This document shows, piece after piece, positions 40,828 through 52,761 of a DNA stretch of 64,000 nucleotides. Source of the stretch: Eledone cirrhosa (Eukaryota). The stretch is taken from positions 307,148,001 to 307,212,000 of the forward strand of contig OZ024741.1 in the NCBI GenBank assembly GCA_964016885.1, given 5' to 3'. The position numbers were made by a program, and so were the translations under genes. The notes beneath the pieces are model-generated. The model had not been told where the DNA came from. It saw only the letters and a program-made list of their open reading frames with translations, and made no database searches. The stretch's first letter is position 1. Each line of letters starts with the position of its first letter.

Positions 40828-41168
40828 ATATAAAATGCAGTTAAATAAAAAGTCAAATGTTTTAAATTTAGCTTCGTTTAATACTGCTATATATATTTCA
40901 GTGACAGCCATCTTTGGCTGTGACCCCTTCAGGCAGTTTAAATTAGTATGAATACTAATTCAAACTGCCTGAACAGGACACAGCCAAAGATGGCTGTCAC
41001 TGAAATATATATAGCAGTAATAAACGAAGCTAAATTTTAATCATTTGACTTTTTATTTAAGTTTATTTTACACTACTCCGGAGTAACCAAACCAACCTGC
41101 GCACTTCGTCGAGTGCTCCAGCCTGCATACTGAGGTGTTGGTATACAACCAACATAAACTCAAAATCT
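40828..41168 (+). mobile_element. Fold-back pLTR pair with two mutated HHRs plus a tail
   Basis: Arms ~40835-40949 and 40952-41070; cores CTGAAGG (minus strand, 40883-40937) and CTGAACA (plus strand, 40964-41018); helix II CACAGCCA/TGGCTGTC; ACTGC/GCAGT helix I. Confidence 0.78.
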
Positions 41169-41176
41169 ATATATAC

Positions 41177-41229
<53 letters not shown>

Positions 41230-41230
<1 letters not shown>

Positions 41231-42360
41231 GCCAACTTACAGAATGCCACGGTACTAAAATATGCAGATGACATCAAGCTGTACCTTGAAATCAAAAGGA
41301 CTGATCCTGAAATTTACAACTCTTTCCTACAGTCAGACCTGGACACAATGCAGCAATGGATCACAGACTGGCAACTGAAGCTGGCTGTGGACAAGTGTAC
41401 CACCATGCATTTTGGAAGGAAAAATCCAGCGTCCACATACTCCCTCCACAACACTGACATCAAAAAGTCCTCTTGTGAACGTGACCTGGGCATTACTGTC
41501 AGCAACGATTCGCGTTGGACAAAGCATGTCTCTAAGATTGTCAAGAAGGCCGAGGGTGTCTTGGCATCACTCAGCAAGACCTTTGTTAGCCGCTCTCCAG
41601 CCATCTATTTAAAACTGTATACAGCTATGGTGCGACCACACTTGGAATTCGCATCATCAGTCTGGAACCCCTATCTTGCTCGGAACATTGACCTTCTGGA
41701 AACTGTTCAGAGACGTGCAACCAAGCGCATACCCTCCATCAGACACCTACCATACTCTGAACGCCTTGCTTCCCTGGGCATGGATTCATTGAAGCTCCGA
41801 CGTCTGGCAATGGACTTGGTGAATACCCTCAAAGTTTTTAACCATCTCGCCAACTGCAACCCTGAGCGCCTCTTTGATCTCCATGTGTCTAACACATGTG
41901 GACATGCCTACAAGATAAGAAAACAGCATAGCTCCCATGACTTTCGCAGACATTTTTTCACGCTCAGAGTTGCTGAAGAATGGAACAAACTGCCTGCGTC
42001 AATTGTTAGCTGCCGAGACACTGCATCCTTTAAGACACTCATGCTTCCCGAAATACGCCCAAACTACACCTGATGTACCCCTTCCATACACATGCACACG
42101 TGTGTATCATGACTCGTGCACTGTTCATTTTACTGATGTTTGTGCATTGCCCTATGTACTGTACATGCACTTTTTTGATGAGTTGTGGTGCACCTGGGCA
42201 CTGTACACAATATTTCATTATTGTTATTGTTATTATATCATGACTCATACACTGTTCATTTTCCTGACATTTGTACATTATTCTATGTATTATACATGCA
42301 CATTTGATGAGTTGTAGTGCACCTGAGCACTGTACACAATCATTTCATTATTATTATTAT
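41230..42360 (+). mobile_element. 5'-truncated CR1-type LINE, family C
   Basis: KYADDIKLY, ERDLGI, VRPHLEFASSVWNP, FFTLRV; stop at 42073; (ATT)n tail. Confidence 0.9.
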
Positions 42361-42404
42361 ATATATAGATACATATATATATACATATATATACATATAT
42401 ATAT

Positions 42405-44440
42405 GGGGGTGTTAAAGTTTGCTTGAAGCATTGTGAAATGTGTAAAAATACGTATTTAAGAAAGCCACAACAATGCAAAGGGAAATCTCGAGGTAGGAAG
42501 TGAAATATAGATAGGAAAAACAGGTGAAAGTGAAAGTTGAGAGAGACAAAGATGAAAACAAAACAAAGGTAGAAGGGTTACCGTAGTAGAGATTTAATCC
42601 CAATATTTCGGGCTCACGCCCATCAACGGGGGAAAAGTTCCAAAAGGGGGGAAAACAGGCCAAGCGGAGAAAGTGGTGATGTCGTTAAGACAGGAATGCC
42701 GTTATGGGGAGAAAAATATTTAAAATTTAAACGAGGGAAAGAATGCGCGTGCGCGTGATAAGCTGTGGCAAAAGCTACTGACCAAATGGGTTAAATCAAG
42801 AGGGTGCGTTAGCGTGTGAAAGCCGTAAGATATGTGTATGTAAATATATATGTGTGTGTGACTGTGTGTGTATAAGTGTAAGTGTGTATATGTGTGAGTG
42901 TGTGTGTGTGTGAAAGATAGTGGGCTGTAGAAGTTGGAAATGAAAGGGTGTGAAAGGTGGTAGGTTGTAAAATATGTGTGCGTGTATAAATATAGATGTG
43001 TGTGTGTGTAAGCGTATGGGTATACATGTGTGTGTGTAACTGTGTGTGTATATGTGTGAGTGCGTTTGTGTGTGAAAGATAGTGGGCTGTAGAAGCTGGA
43101 AATCAAAGGGTGTGAAAGGTGGTAGGTTGTAAAAACATGTGTGCGTGTAAAATATAGAAGTGTGTGTGTATGCGTATGGGTATGCATATACGTGCGTGTG
43201 TGTGAAGATAGCAGGCCGTAGGCTGTGAATGGTCATTATGGTTAAGTTAGCCATGTCAGCTCATTTCTCTCAGCCCGGTTGTTAAGTGGGGGTCTGAGGT
43301 TCTTAATAACAAGTGCTTCCTTTATCCTTAAGGATCCGATGCTGCGTTCAGTCGCTAGGACTGTGACCAAGGGTCTACCTTGTGGGTTTCCGCATTTAAG
43401 GATATGTTTACGGAAGGAAGATGCGTTGGTGTTGATATGTTCCTTGATACCAACATGTAGGGGTCGGATGGTGCTACCTATGTAAAACTTGTTACATTTA
43501 TCGCATTGAATCTTATATACGACATAGGTGCGTAGGCAATCTGCCCCCCGTATCGGGCAGTTGCTGAGGGAACACGTGCCATCTGCCTCGTAGGGTTTGT
43601 TGGAGAGGCATCTTCGCAGCGAAGGTCCTGTGTGGGCCAAATGTATGTCAAGTCCCTCCGTCCGTATGGCCCTGCGGATGGCGTTCGTGGTATATTCACT
43701 CAGGTGGGGGATTTTAAAGAAGCACCTGCTAATATTAAGTTTTCTAGTGGGTGTCAGTCTACTGGGTCTGGGGTCTCTAATTCCGTTAATCAGTCGCTTG
43801 GGATAACCATTAGATCTGAGTAGATTACGGAATTGCGTGGTATGGGTGAGACCACCCATCGGGTCGCTGCATCTGTTAGTGATCCGTGTCAGTTCATTTA
43901 GGACATAGCCTCTCTTAGCGTTGTTGGGGAGGGCTGAGTTATAATGCACAAATAAGTCCTTGCACGCTGCTTTGCGGTAGAAAGTGGTGTTTATGTCTCC
44001 TTCTTCCGAGATGTTGATACGGAAGTCGAGGAGGGCGAGTGACCCGTCTTCTCCTGGGTGTTCGATGGTGAAATCAATGTGTTGGTCAGTATCGTTGAAG
44101 ATTTGGTGAATTTCATTCGCCATCTCCCGGGAAGAAGTAAGTATCAGGATATCATCAACGTATCTGGAGTAGAAGGCGACGGCGTTGTGTTGGCAGGTAT
44201 TGAGTGCCTTGCGTTCCAGATGGTCCATGTACGAGATCGCAAGTATGCCGGACAGACTAGAGTCCATAGGTAGCCCAGAGATTTGTTTGTACGTGTGGCC
44301 GAGGAAATTGAAGAGTGCATTATCCACAACGAAGGAGAGGAGTTGGTGGATGTCCGTGTGTGTGAGTCCGAAGCAGTGTAAGTTAGATGCTCGGACTCGT
44401 TCGGTCAACAGGTCGACAGCTGGGGATGCTGGTACGGAGG
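42405..44440 (-). mobile_element. 5'-truncated PLE (Nematis/Poseidon-like) with an uninterrupted RT-GIY-YIG frame at 43242-44440
   Basis: [58 protein letters not shown]; ~160-bp tandem repeats in the 3' UTR. Confidence 0.88.
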
Positions 44441-44462
44441 TATATACATATATATATATATA

Positions 44463-44649
<187 letters not shown>

Positions 44650-45950
44650 ATATACATACATATATATATACATATATACGATATTAACAAATGGAAACTA
44701 TATTTATAAAACCATATATATTTTATTATACATATTTCAAGAATACCATGTTAAATTATGGTATGCTTTCATCAGACAAAATACAATATCTACCAGTTTT
44801 ATAAATAAATATTGACATACCCTTTCAAAATGCAACCGTTACTATTGGAAGACATCGGGGATAGTGGATTTGTTTACTTATATTAGTAAGTCGTTGTGTT
44901 ACGGAGAAGGAAAAAGACGGAGAGAGAGAAAAAAGCGGAGAGAGAAAGGGCGAAATAAAGACAGAAAATGAAAAAAAAGAAAAAAGAGAAAAACGAGAGA
45001 GAGATATCAAAACACCAGACAGAGAGAAAAATAATCAAGAGAGAGAAATATAGAGATAGAGAGAGAGGGAGAGAACGAAAACCTTAAGTCATGTCATATT
45101 AAGTTAAGTTAACAATTGAGATGAAATGAATAAATAAAATTAGAAATATTAATATTCATGAATGGAATATACATATATAATATGAGAAATTAATCATTGT
45201 TTAACTAGGATTAGATATTTAGTTTAAAAATTGAGATCAATATATAAAAAATTGGAATTTAAACATTAAGAAATCTATATATTGCTAGAGAAATTACATA
45301 TCATATAACACGTACACAACACGCAAAAATACACATAAATATATATATACACACACTCAGAAAATACACATCATATCTACCCCCGTATATAATATATACA
45401 TACAAAGCATAAATGATTTGTTTTATTAATGTTATACATCCTTTGTGTTATTAAATAAAAAATTTTAATATATATATATAAAAATATAAATATATAAGAT
45501 TAGCCCTCATGCATTTTTGGCTGTTAATTATGTCTATCTGCAATCAAATTGTATGAGTATACATGTACATGTACACACACAATTCTTACATATACATATA
45601 TAAACATGTGTGTGCATCCTCAGCCAATTGGTAGACACGCGTCACGCATGCATATATACAGACAGACATATATTCATAAAAATGCATATAACACATGTAT
45701 ATGTATGTTAATATACACATATACATACATACACGTATAGAGATAAGTATACATCAATATAGTACATAGTATAATTGAGTACATAAAATACAAAAGGATT
45801 ATATTTTGGAAATATAATTATATCAATATAACTTAAAAAGAAAAGAATTCTAAAATATTAAAATATTTTAAAATATAGAATATTTTAAGTTAAAATAATA
45901 TGTTTAATAGATTTAGTATAGAAATTTATCTTACGTATATATATATATAC

Positions 45951-46023
<73 letters not shown>

Positions 46024-46027
<4 letters not shown>

Positions 46028-47396
46028 AACCAGTAAGACCCCGACAGCTGAGCTCAAGCCGTTTCGACGGCTAATTCTGGACTAAATGAACATTTATCCT
46101 GGTATTTAAATAGCCGATCTTCTCAAGGGGTAATTCCATATATGGTCAAAGTGATTGTCAAAAATCAGTAGTAATTCTGTGGTTGCAAATTAGTAGGGGA
46201 GATGGTGGCTAAACCTGCCAGTAGGAGAAAGAGGGGAGGGGGTGGAGTAGACCCAATCAAGCGTTGGTAGTGCCAGCTACAGCTGGGCATGAGGTCAAAG
46301 AAGATACAGGGGAGGGGGAGGGGGAGGAAGTCGGAACGGTAGGTAGAACAATGGGGGGTAAAAATAGGAAAGAAAAAATACTGAGAGTGAAGAAAAGCAA
46401 AAAAGTGTAAAGAAAAAATTAAATTCTACGACCTAGGTGTCAGGCTATTGTTAGGCGAGAATAAAATAAAGAAAGAAAGAAAGAAGTAAATAAATAAATA
46501 AATAAATAAATAAGGAAATAAGTAAAAGAACTAGGTGGGACGAATTAAGCAAGGACCCTTTTAAGAGGTATAAGTACGTAAATGATACGGTGACTGGTCA
46601 ACAAAAGGGGCCAAAATACTAAAGAGACTACCACGAAATAAACAATAAAGGTTTCCATCCCGGGCCAGCAACGACCCAGTGCAGCAAAGTGAACTTGTAC
46701 GACATAATAATTCTGAGTCCCGGGAAAAATATATACTAATGCTAACTCTAAAAGATCTAAAACAAGCTACATGAAAGTTCGTACGAAATAAAGGTAGAAT
46801 ACGGAGAAATAAGTTCAGAATCCACCCCGCCCAGAAGAAAAGCGAAGCAAGAAATACTGAAACGAAAAAATAAGGCATAACAATAGCCTGACAATAGCCT
46901 GACACCTAGGTCGTAGAATTTAATTTTTTCTTTACACTTTTTTGCTTTTCTTCACTCTCAGTATTTTTTCTTTCCTATTTTTACCCCCCATTGTTCTACC
47001 TACCGTTCCGACTTCCTCCCCCTCCCCCTCCCCTGTATCTTCTTTGACCTCATGCCCAGCTGTAGCTGGCACTACCAACGCTTGATTGGGTCTACTCCAC
47101 CCCCTCCCCTCTTTCTCCTACTGGCAGGTTTAGCCACCATCTCCCCTACTAATTTGCAACCACAGAATTACTACTGATTTTTGACAATCACTTTGACCAT
47201 ATATGGAATTACCCCTTGAGAAGATCGGCTATTTAAATACCAGGATAAATGTTCATTTAGTCCAGAATTAGCCGTCGAAACGGCTTGAGCTCAGCTGTCG
47301 GGGTCTTACTGGTTCCTATTACCCACTCTACTACCTCAAGTATTGAGTACTTTGGTGCGTTATGGTCCACCTGGTTCCTTACCACATTTCCTTCGT

Positions 47397-47397
<1 letters not shown>
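46024..47397. mobile_element. Unclassified non-coding element with ~430-bp near-perfect inverted arms
   Basis: 46024-46452 is the reverse complement of 46891-47320; both ends abut (TA)n. Confidence 0.8.
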
Positions 47398-47461
<64 letters not shown>

Positions 47462-47511
47462 TTATATACATATATATACATATATACATAGAGACATATA
47501 TATATATATAC

Positions 47512-48996
47512 ATAACATATGAATACAACCTTAAAGTAGTTAACTTCCTGGATGTCACACTCAATTTAAACTCTGGTTTGATTAAACCGTTTCATAAATT
47601 GAACGAAAATCTCAAATACGTAAATGTTGGGTCTAACCACCCCATCTCTATAATTAAATCTATCCCTAAAAATATTTCCCTTAGAATCTCGGGTCTATCT
47701 TCTAACATACAAGTATTTAAGGAACACGCCGAGTACTACGATAACGCCCTTAGTAAAGCAGGCTACCTCAACAAAATAGAGTACATAGATGGGAACAATC
47801 AAAACACCCAAAATAAATCCCACATAGGTAGATATAATAACACAACACCAAACCACACTTACTACCATAGTATGCACACCAGTAAACCAACAAACAAAAC
47901 TAATAGAAAGCGATGCAAAGAGTACTTATGGTATAACCCCGAATACAATAGCTCCATTAGTACAAATTTACCAGTACTCTTCTTTAAAATAATTAAAAGA
48001 CATTTTCCCACATCACACAAATACCACAAAATCCTAAACCCTACCACTATAAGACTGTCATACTCTACAGCGTTAAACCTTGAACAACACATAAAAAAGA
48101 TCAATACTAGGAGGTTAAACGAAAACACTAAGAACTTAAGTACAAAGAACACAAAAAAAACAGTAGACAATACACTACAGAACATAAATAAACCACACCT
48201 AAGTTCGTCCGCAATACTACTCCAGAGAAAACCCAACGTACACAACTGTAACTGCACCTATCCTGACAACTGCCCCCTCGGCAATAACTGCCTGGAAAAA
48301 AATATTATTTATAAGTGTACCATTAAATCCGGAGGCAACGAGTGGTATTACGTGGGATCAACGGCAACATCGTTTAAATCTCGATTGTATAGGCATTCTT
48401 ACTCAATAAAACACCAGAGCCAAAGAAATGTAACAACTTTAGCAGAAAAAGCTTGGACGCTCAGGGATAGCGACCAAAAGTTTACCCTAAAATGGGAAAA
48501 ATTAGCTAAAACCCAAAGCTTTTCCAGGAGCCAAAATTTCTGCAAATTGTGTAATCTTGAGATTTATTACATAATCACACACAAGAAGAAACTGCTGAAT
48601 AACAGAATTGAACGAACATTATTCTGCCGTCACAGAACTAAAACCCTTTTTTCCCACTACAAGCCGAATATTACATAAAAGAGGGACATCCCCCAACTAT
48701 ATAAACCTTAATCTAGTTAGAAAAATATAAAAACAATCTCTTCTCAACATATATTAATAACCTTAAATTACCATACTAATAATGAAAAGATATGCTGATG
48801 AGAATAGGTACAAATATGCGATAATGAATGTGTCTAAAAACGTCCATAAGTATGTATATATATGTGAAAATGTATATAAATAAGTAAATATATATATATG
48901 TTTGATGTGTATAGTTAGATGTAAGTGTATTCATGTATTAAAGTGCTTATATATATATATATATGTATATGTGTGTATATGTATGTGTATGTATAT

Positions 48997-49028
<32 letters not shown>

Positions 49029-49726
49029 GTATGTATATATGAGTATATGGATGTGTAAGTATGTGAATGTGTGTACACATGGACTAGAGTATGTATGTAT
49101 ATATGTGTGTGTCTATACGTGTGTATATAAAGATAAGTTGAGTATGAAAACGTATACACATGAGCGCGTATGTATGTACATGAATACATGCATGTGTATA
49201 TATATGTAAGTATGAATATGTGAATTGTGAGTATATGTATTTTGTAGAGGTGTGCAAATATATTTGTGTGTGAATGCGTGGGTGAAAGGATACGTACACT
49301 TGAAAGAAAAATTTAAGTCTGAATGTTAATTAAGTGCAAACACAAAACCAACCACGCATATCTTTACTATCTCTAATCCTTCTATAGATTTAGAAAAATA
49401 ACCAATAATATATTCTATAAAAAATGTCAAAACAACAGATGGGAATCTAATTACTCACTGCCACCAAGAATTCTCACTGCTATCGAAAAACCACTCCTTC
49501 AACTATTCTTCTAACAACTTCACCCCTCCCTCCTAATATTCTCTATAAAAACTAAATAGGTCCTCAGTAATATTATTCTGATGAAATGACAGTAAATAAT
49601 AACATTGAAATATTGAATGTCTGCATAACTAAAAGTTTGTAGATAGCAGCTGTTTTAGGTTATGTAACTGTTATAGAAACACGTGTCAATAAATTCCTTT
49701 CAACTAAACTGTATCCATTCAAATCT

Positions 49727-49732
<6 letters not shown>
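47512..49732 (+). mobile_element. Hydra-like PLE family C, 5'-truncated (frame open 47512-48678)
   Basis: NFLDVTL, SNHP, CNCTYPDNC, IIY...YVGST, CKLC..CRH; nearly identical to 61987-64000. Confidence 0.9.
49573..49692 (+). ncRNA. Type I HHR with a 91-nt branched helix II
   Basis: TTATT-CTGATGA-[91 nt closed by ATGACAGT/ACTGTTAT]-GAAA-CACGTG-TC-AATAA. Confidence 0.75.
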
Positions 49733-49785
<53 letters not shown>

Positions 49786-49796
49786 TACATATATAT

Positions 49797-50075
49797 TGTT
49801 ATACTTTGGGAGGGTCATGTTGCCAATAAGGAACACACGCACCAGTTGCTTTTACATTAATTTATTATAATAAATTTATAAATTTCCGGCTGGTTGGTTG
49901 GTCCCACAACCAGATGGTTGTGGAACCAACTAAGCAACGGGAAATTTATAAATTCCTAAATTTATCATAATAAATTGAGTAAAACATCTGGTGCGTGTGT
50001 TCCTTATTGACAACATGACCCTCCCAAACACACGTTTTCATATAAAGAATCTTGCTAAACAAATTCAGAAACGAT
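49797..50075. mobile_element. Imperfect fold-back of the terminal segment of the insertion-bearing PLE family
   Basis: Both arms resemble 52358-52490 (CTGGTGCGTGTGTT...CATGACCCTCCCAAA). Confidence 0.65.
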
Positions 50076-50107
50076 ATATATATATACATATATATATATA
50101 CATATGC

Positions 50108-50173
<66 letters not shown>

Positions 50174-50495
50174 ATATATATATACATATATATATATATG
50201 TATATATATATACACATATATATACATATATATATACATATATACATATATATATATATATTCATATATACATATACATATATACATATATATATATATA
50301 CATATATATACATATATATATATACATATATACATATAGATATATATATACATATATACATATACATATATATACATATATATATATATACATATATACA
50401 TATATATACACATATACATATATATATACATATATATATACATATATATATATATATACATATATATATACACATATACATATAAATACACATAG

Positions 50496-50526
<31 letters not shown>

Positions 50527-50771
50527 GATATATATATATACATATATATATACATGTATATGTATATATACATATATATATGTATATACATATGTATATA
50601 CTTATATATATACATATATATACAAATATATATACATATTTATATACATATATATACATATATACATATATATATACATATATATATACATATATATATA
50701 TATATACACACATATATATATATATATACATATATATATACATATACATATATATGTACATATATATATAC

Positions 50772-50802
<31 letters not shown>

Positions 50803-50885
50803 CATATATATACATATATATATATACATATATATATACATATACATATATATATATATACATATATATATATATGTATATGTAC

Positions 50886-50964
<79 letters not shown>

Positions 50965-50980
50965 TATATACATATATATA
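50076..50980. repeat. Interrupted (TA)n microsatellite
   Basis: Direct reading. Confidence 0.97.
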
Positions 50981-51408
50981 TAATATAAGATCAAAAGATG
51001 GTTAAAGGAGTTCCATATATTTTATTATGCGCATTTCAAAAACAAACATCATCAAGCAATAATATTTGTGTTTTCATCAGATAAAACAGGAGAACATGAT
51101 ATGAAGGCTAAAAAACACTTGTGGATAGTGCAGTTTTAAATCAACATATGATATGTTGATTTAAAACTGCACTATCCACAAGTGTTTTTTAGCCTTCATA
51201 TCATGTTCTCCTGTTTTATCTGATGAAAACACAAATATTATTGCTTGATGATGTTCGTTTTTGAAATGCGCATAATAAAATATATGGAACTCCTTTAACC
51301 ATCTTTTGATCTTATATTATGCATACTCCAGCCCCACAAACTGTAGAGTGCTTCTTATCCGATATCTGCATTGCTTTATTGTACTACAATAAAACTCACC
51401 TCCTACAT
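50981..51408 (+). mobile_element. Family B pLTR palindrome with two intact-core HHRs (51018-51088 minus, 51212-51282 plus) and a tail
   Basis: ~170-bp arms centred at ~51150 with almost no spacer. Confidence 0.88.
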
Positions 51409-51415
51409 ACATATA

Positions 51416-51447
<32 letters not shown>

Positions 51448-51520
51448 CATATATATATATACATATATATATATACATATGTATATAAACATATATATAC
51501 ATATACATATGTATATATAC

Positions 51521-51569
<49 letters not shown>

Positions 51570-51696
51570 CATATGTAGATATATATACATATATATGTAT
51601 ACATATATATATGTATATACATATATATATTTATACATATATATATATATACATATGTATATATACATATATATACATATACATATGTATATATAC

Positions 51697-51727
<31 letters not shown>

Positions 51728-51734
51728 CATATGT

Positions 51735-52490
51735 AGAAACAAAAATATAGTGTACATAGGTGAGACAGCTCGTAGTATAGGGGAACGAATAAATGAACAC
51801 TGGCGAGACCTCCAAGATAATAAAGAATCATCTGTGCTCTACCAACATGCTAAGATATAACACAGGGGTAGATTAGAGAACATAGAAATAAAAATAGAAT
51901 CCACACACAGAAAAGACGCAATGTTTAGGCAAATTACAGAGGCAGTAAGCATAAAAGAATTAAAACCAAAATTAAATAGAAAATATGAGTGGAATAGCAA
52001 CATCACAACTTACAATTAAGGACAAAATGAAAACACACACAGGACAAAATGAAAACACACACACACATAGAACAAACAACTTACAATTAAGGACAAAATG
52101 AAAACACACACACACATAGAACAAACAACCAACCAGCAATAAATAAATAAATAAATAAACAAATAGATAAATGAACACAAACACACACAGACACCCGGAG
52201 GTGGCGCATGCGCAAACTGAGCACACAACACACACACAGAAACAAAATGGCGTAGGATAGAAGAAAGGAAAGGCACAGAAATAAAGTAAGGAATCCCCAG
52301 TCACTGAAGAGGTCACAGAGTATGTGACGAAAGGACTATGACTATATATAAACAACTATCTGGTTGTGGAACCAACCAACCAACCAGAAATTTATAAGTT
52401 TGTAAATTTATAAATATATAATAAATTGAAGTGAAAGCAACTGGTGCGTGTGTTTCTTATTGGCAACATGACCCTCCCAAAGTATAACAA
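51735..52490 (+). mobile_element. 3' fragment of the insertion-bearing PLE family (endonuclease end, UTR, HHR, terminal segment)
   Basis: [26 protein letters not shown] is nearly identical to the inverted 37739-37945. Confidence 0.85.
52299..52343 (+). ncRNA. Minimal type I HHR, intact core
   Basis: AGTCA-CTGAAGA-gGTCACA gagta TGTGAC-GAAA-GGAC-TA-TGACT. Confidence 0.78.
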
Positions 52491-52499
52491 CATATTTAT

Positions 52500-52548
<49 letters not shown>

Positions 52549-52649
52549 CATATATATATACATATATATATACATATACATATATATATACATATACATA
52601 TACATATATATATATACATATATATATATACATATACATATATATATAC

Positions 52650-52696
<47 letters not shown>

Positions 52697-52697
52697 C

Positions 52698-52744
<47 letters not shown>

Positions 52745-52761
52745 CATATATATATATACAT

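Noticed and set aside
42598-42635. HHR in the Nematis/Poseidon-like 3' UTR (minus strand CCGTTGA-t-GGGC gtga GCCC-GAAA)
   Set aside because: Two core mismatches and a too-short loop III; probably a relic, not called.
44700-45930. Host gene exon or promoter in unique-looking DNA (also 18040-19550 and 59500-60250)
   Set aside because: Low-complexity AT/GA-rich sequence with no credible coding signal.
46561-46905. 114-aa ORF in the fold-back spacer
   Set aside because: No recognisable motifs; likely a chance frame.
47255-47305. HHR around AGCCGT-CGAA-ACGGCT
   Set aside because: No CUGANGA box and no GAAA after the stem.
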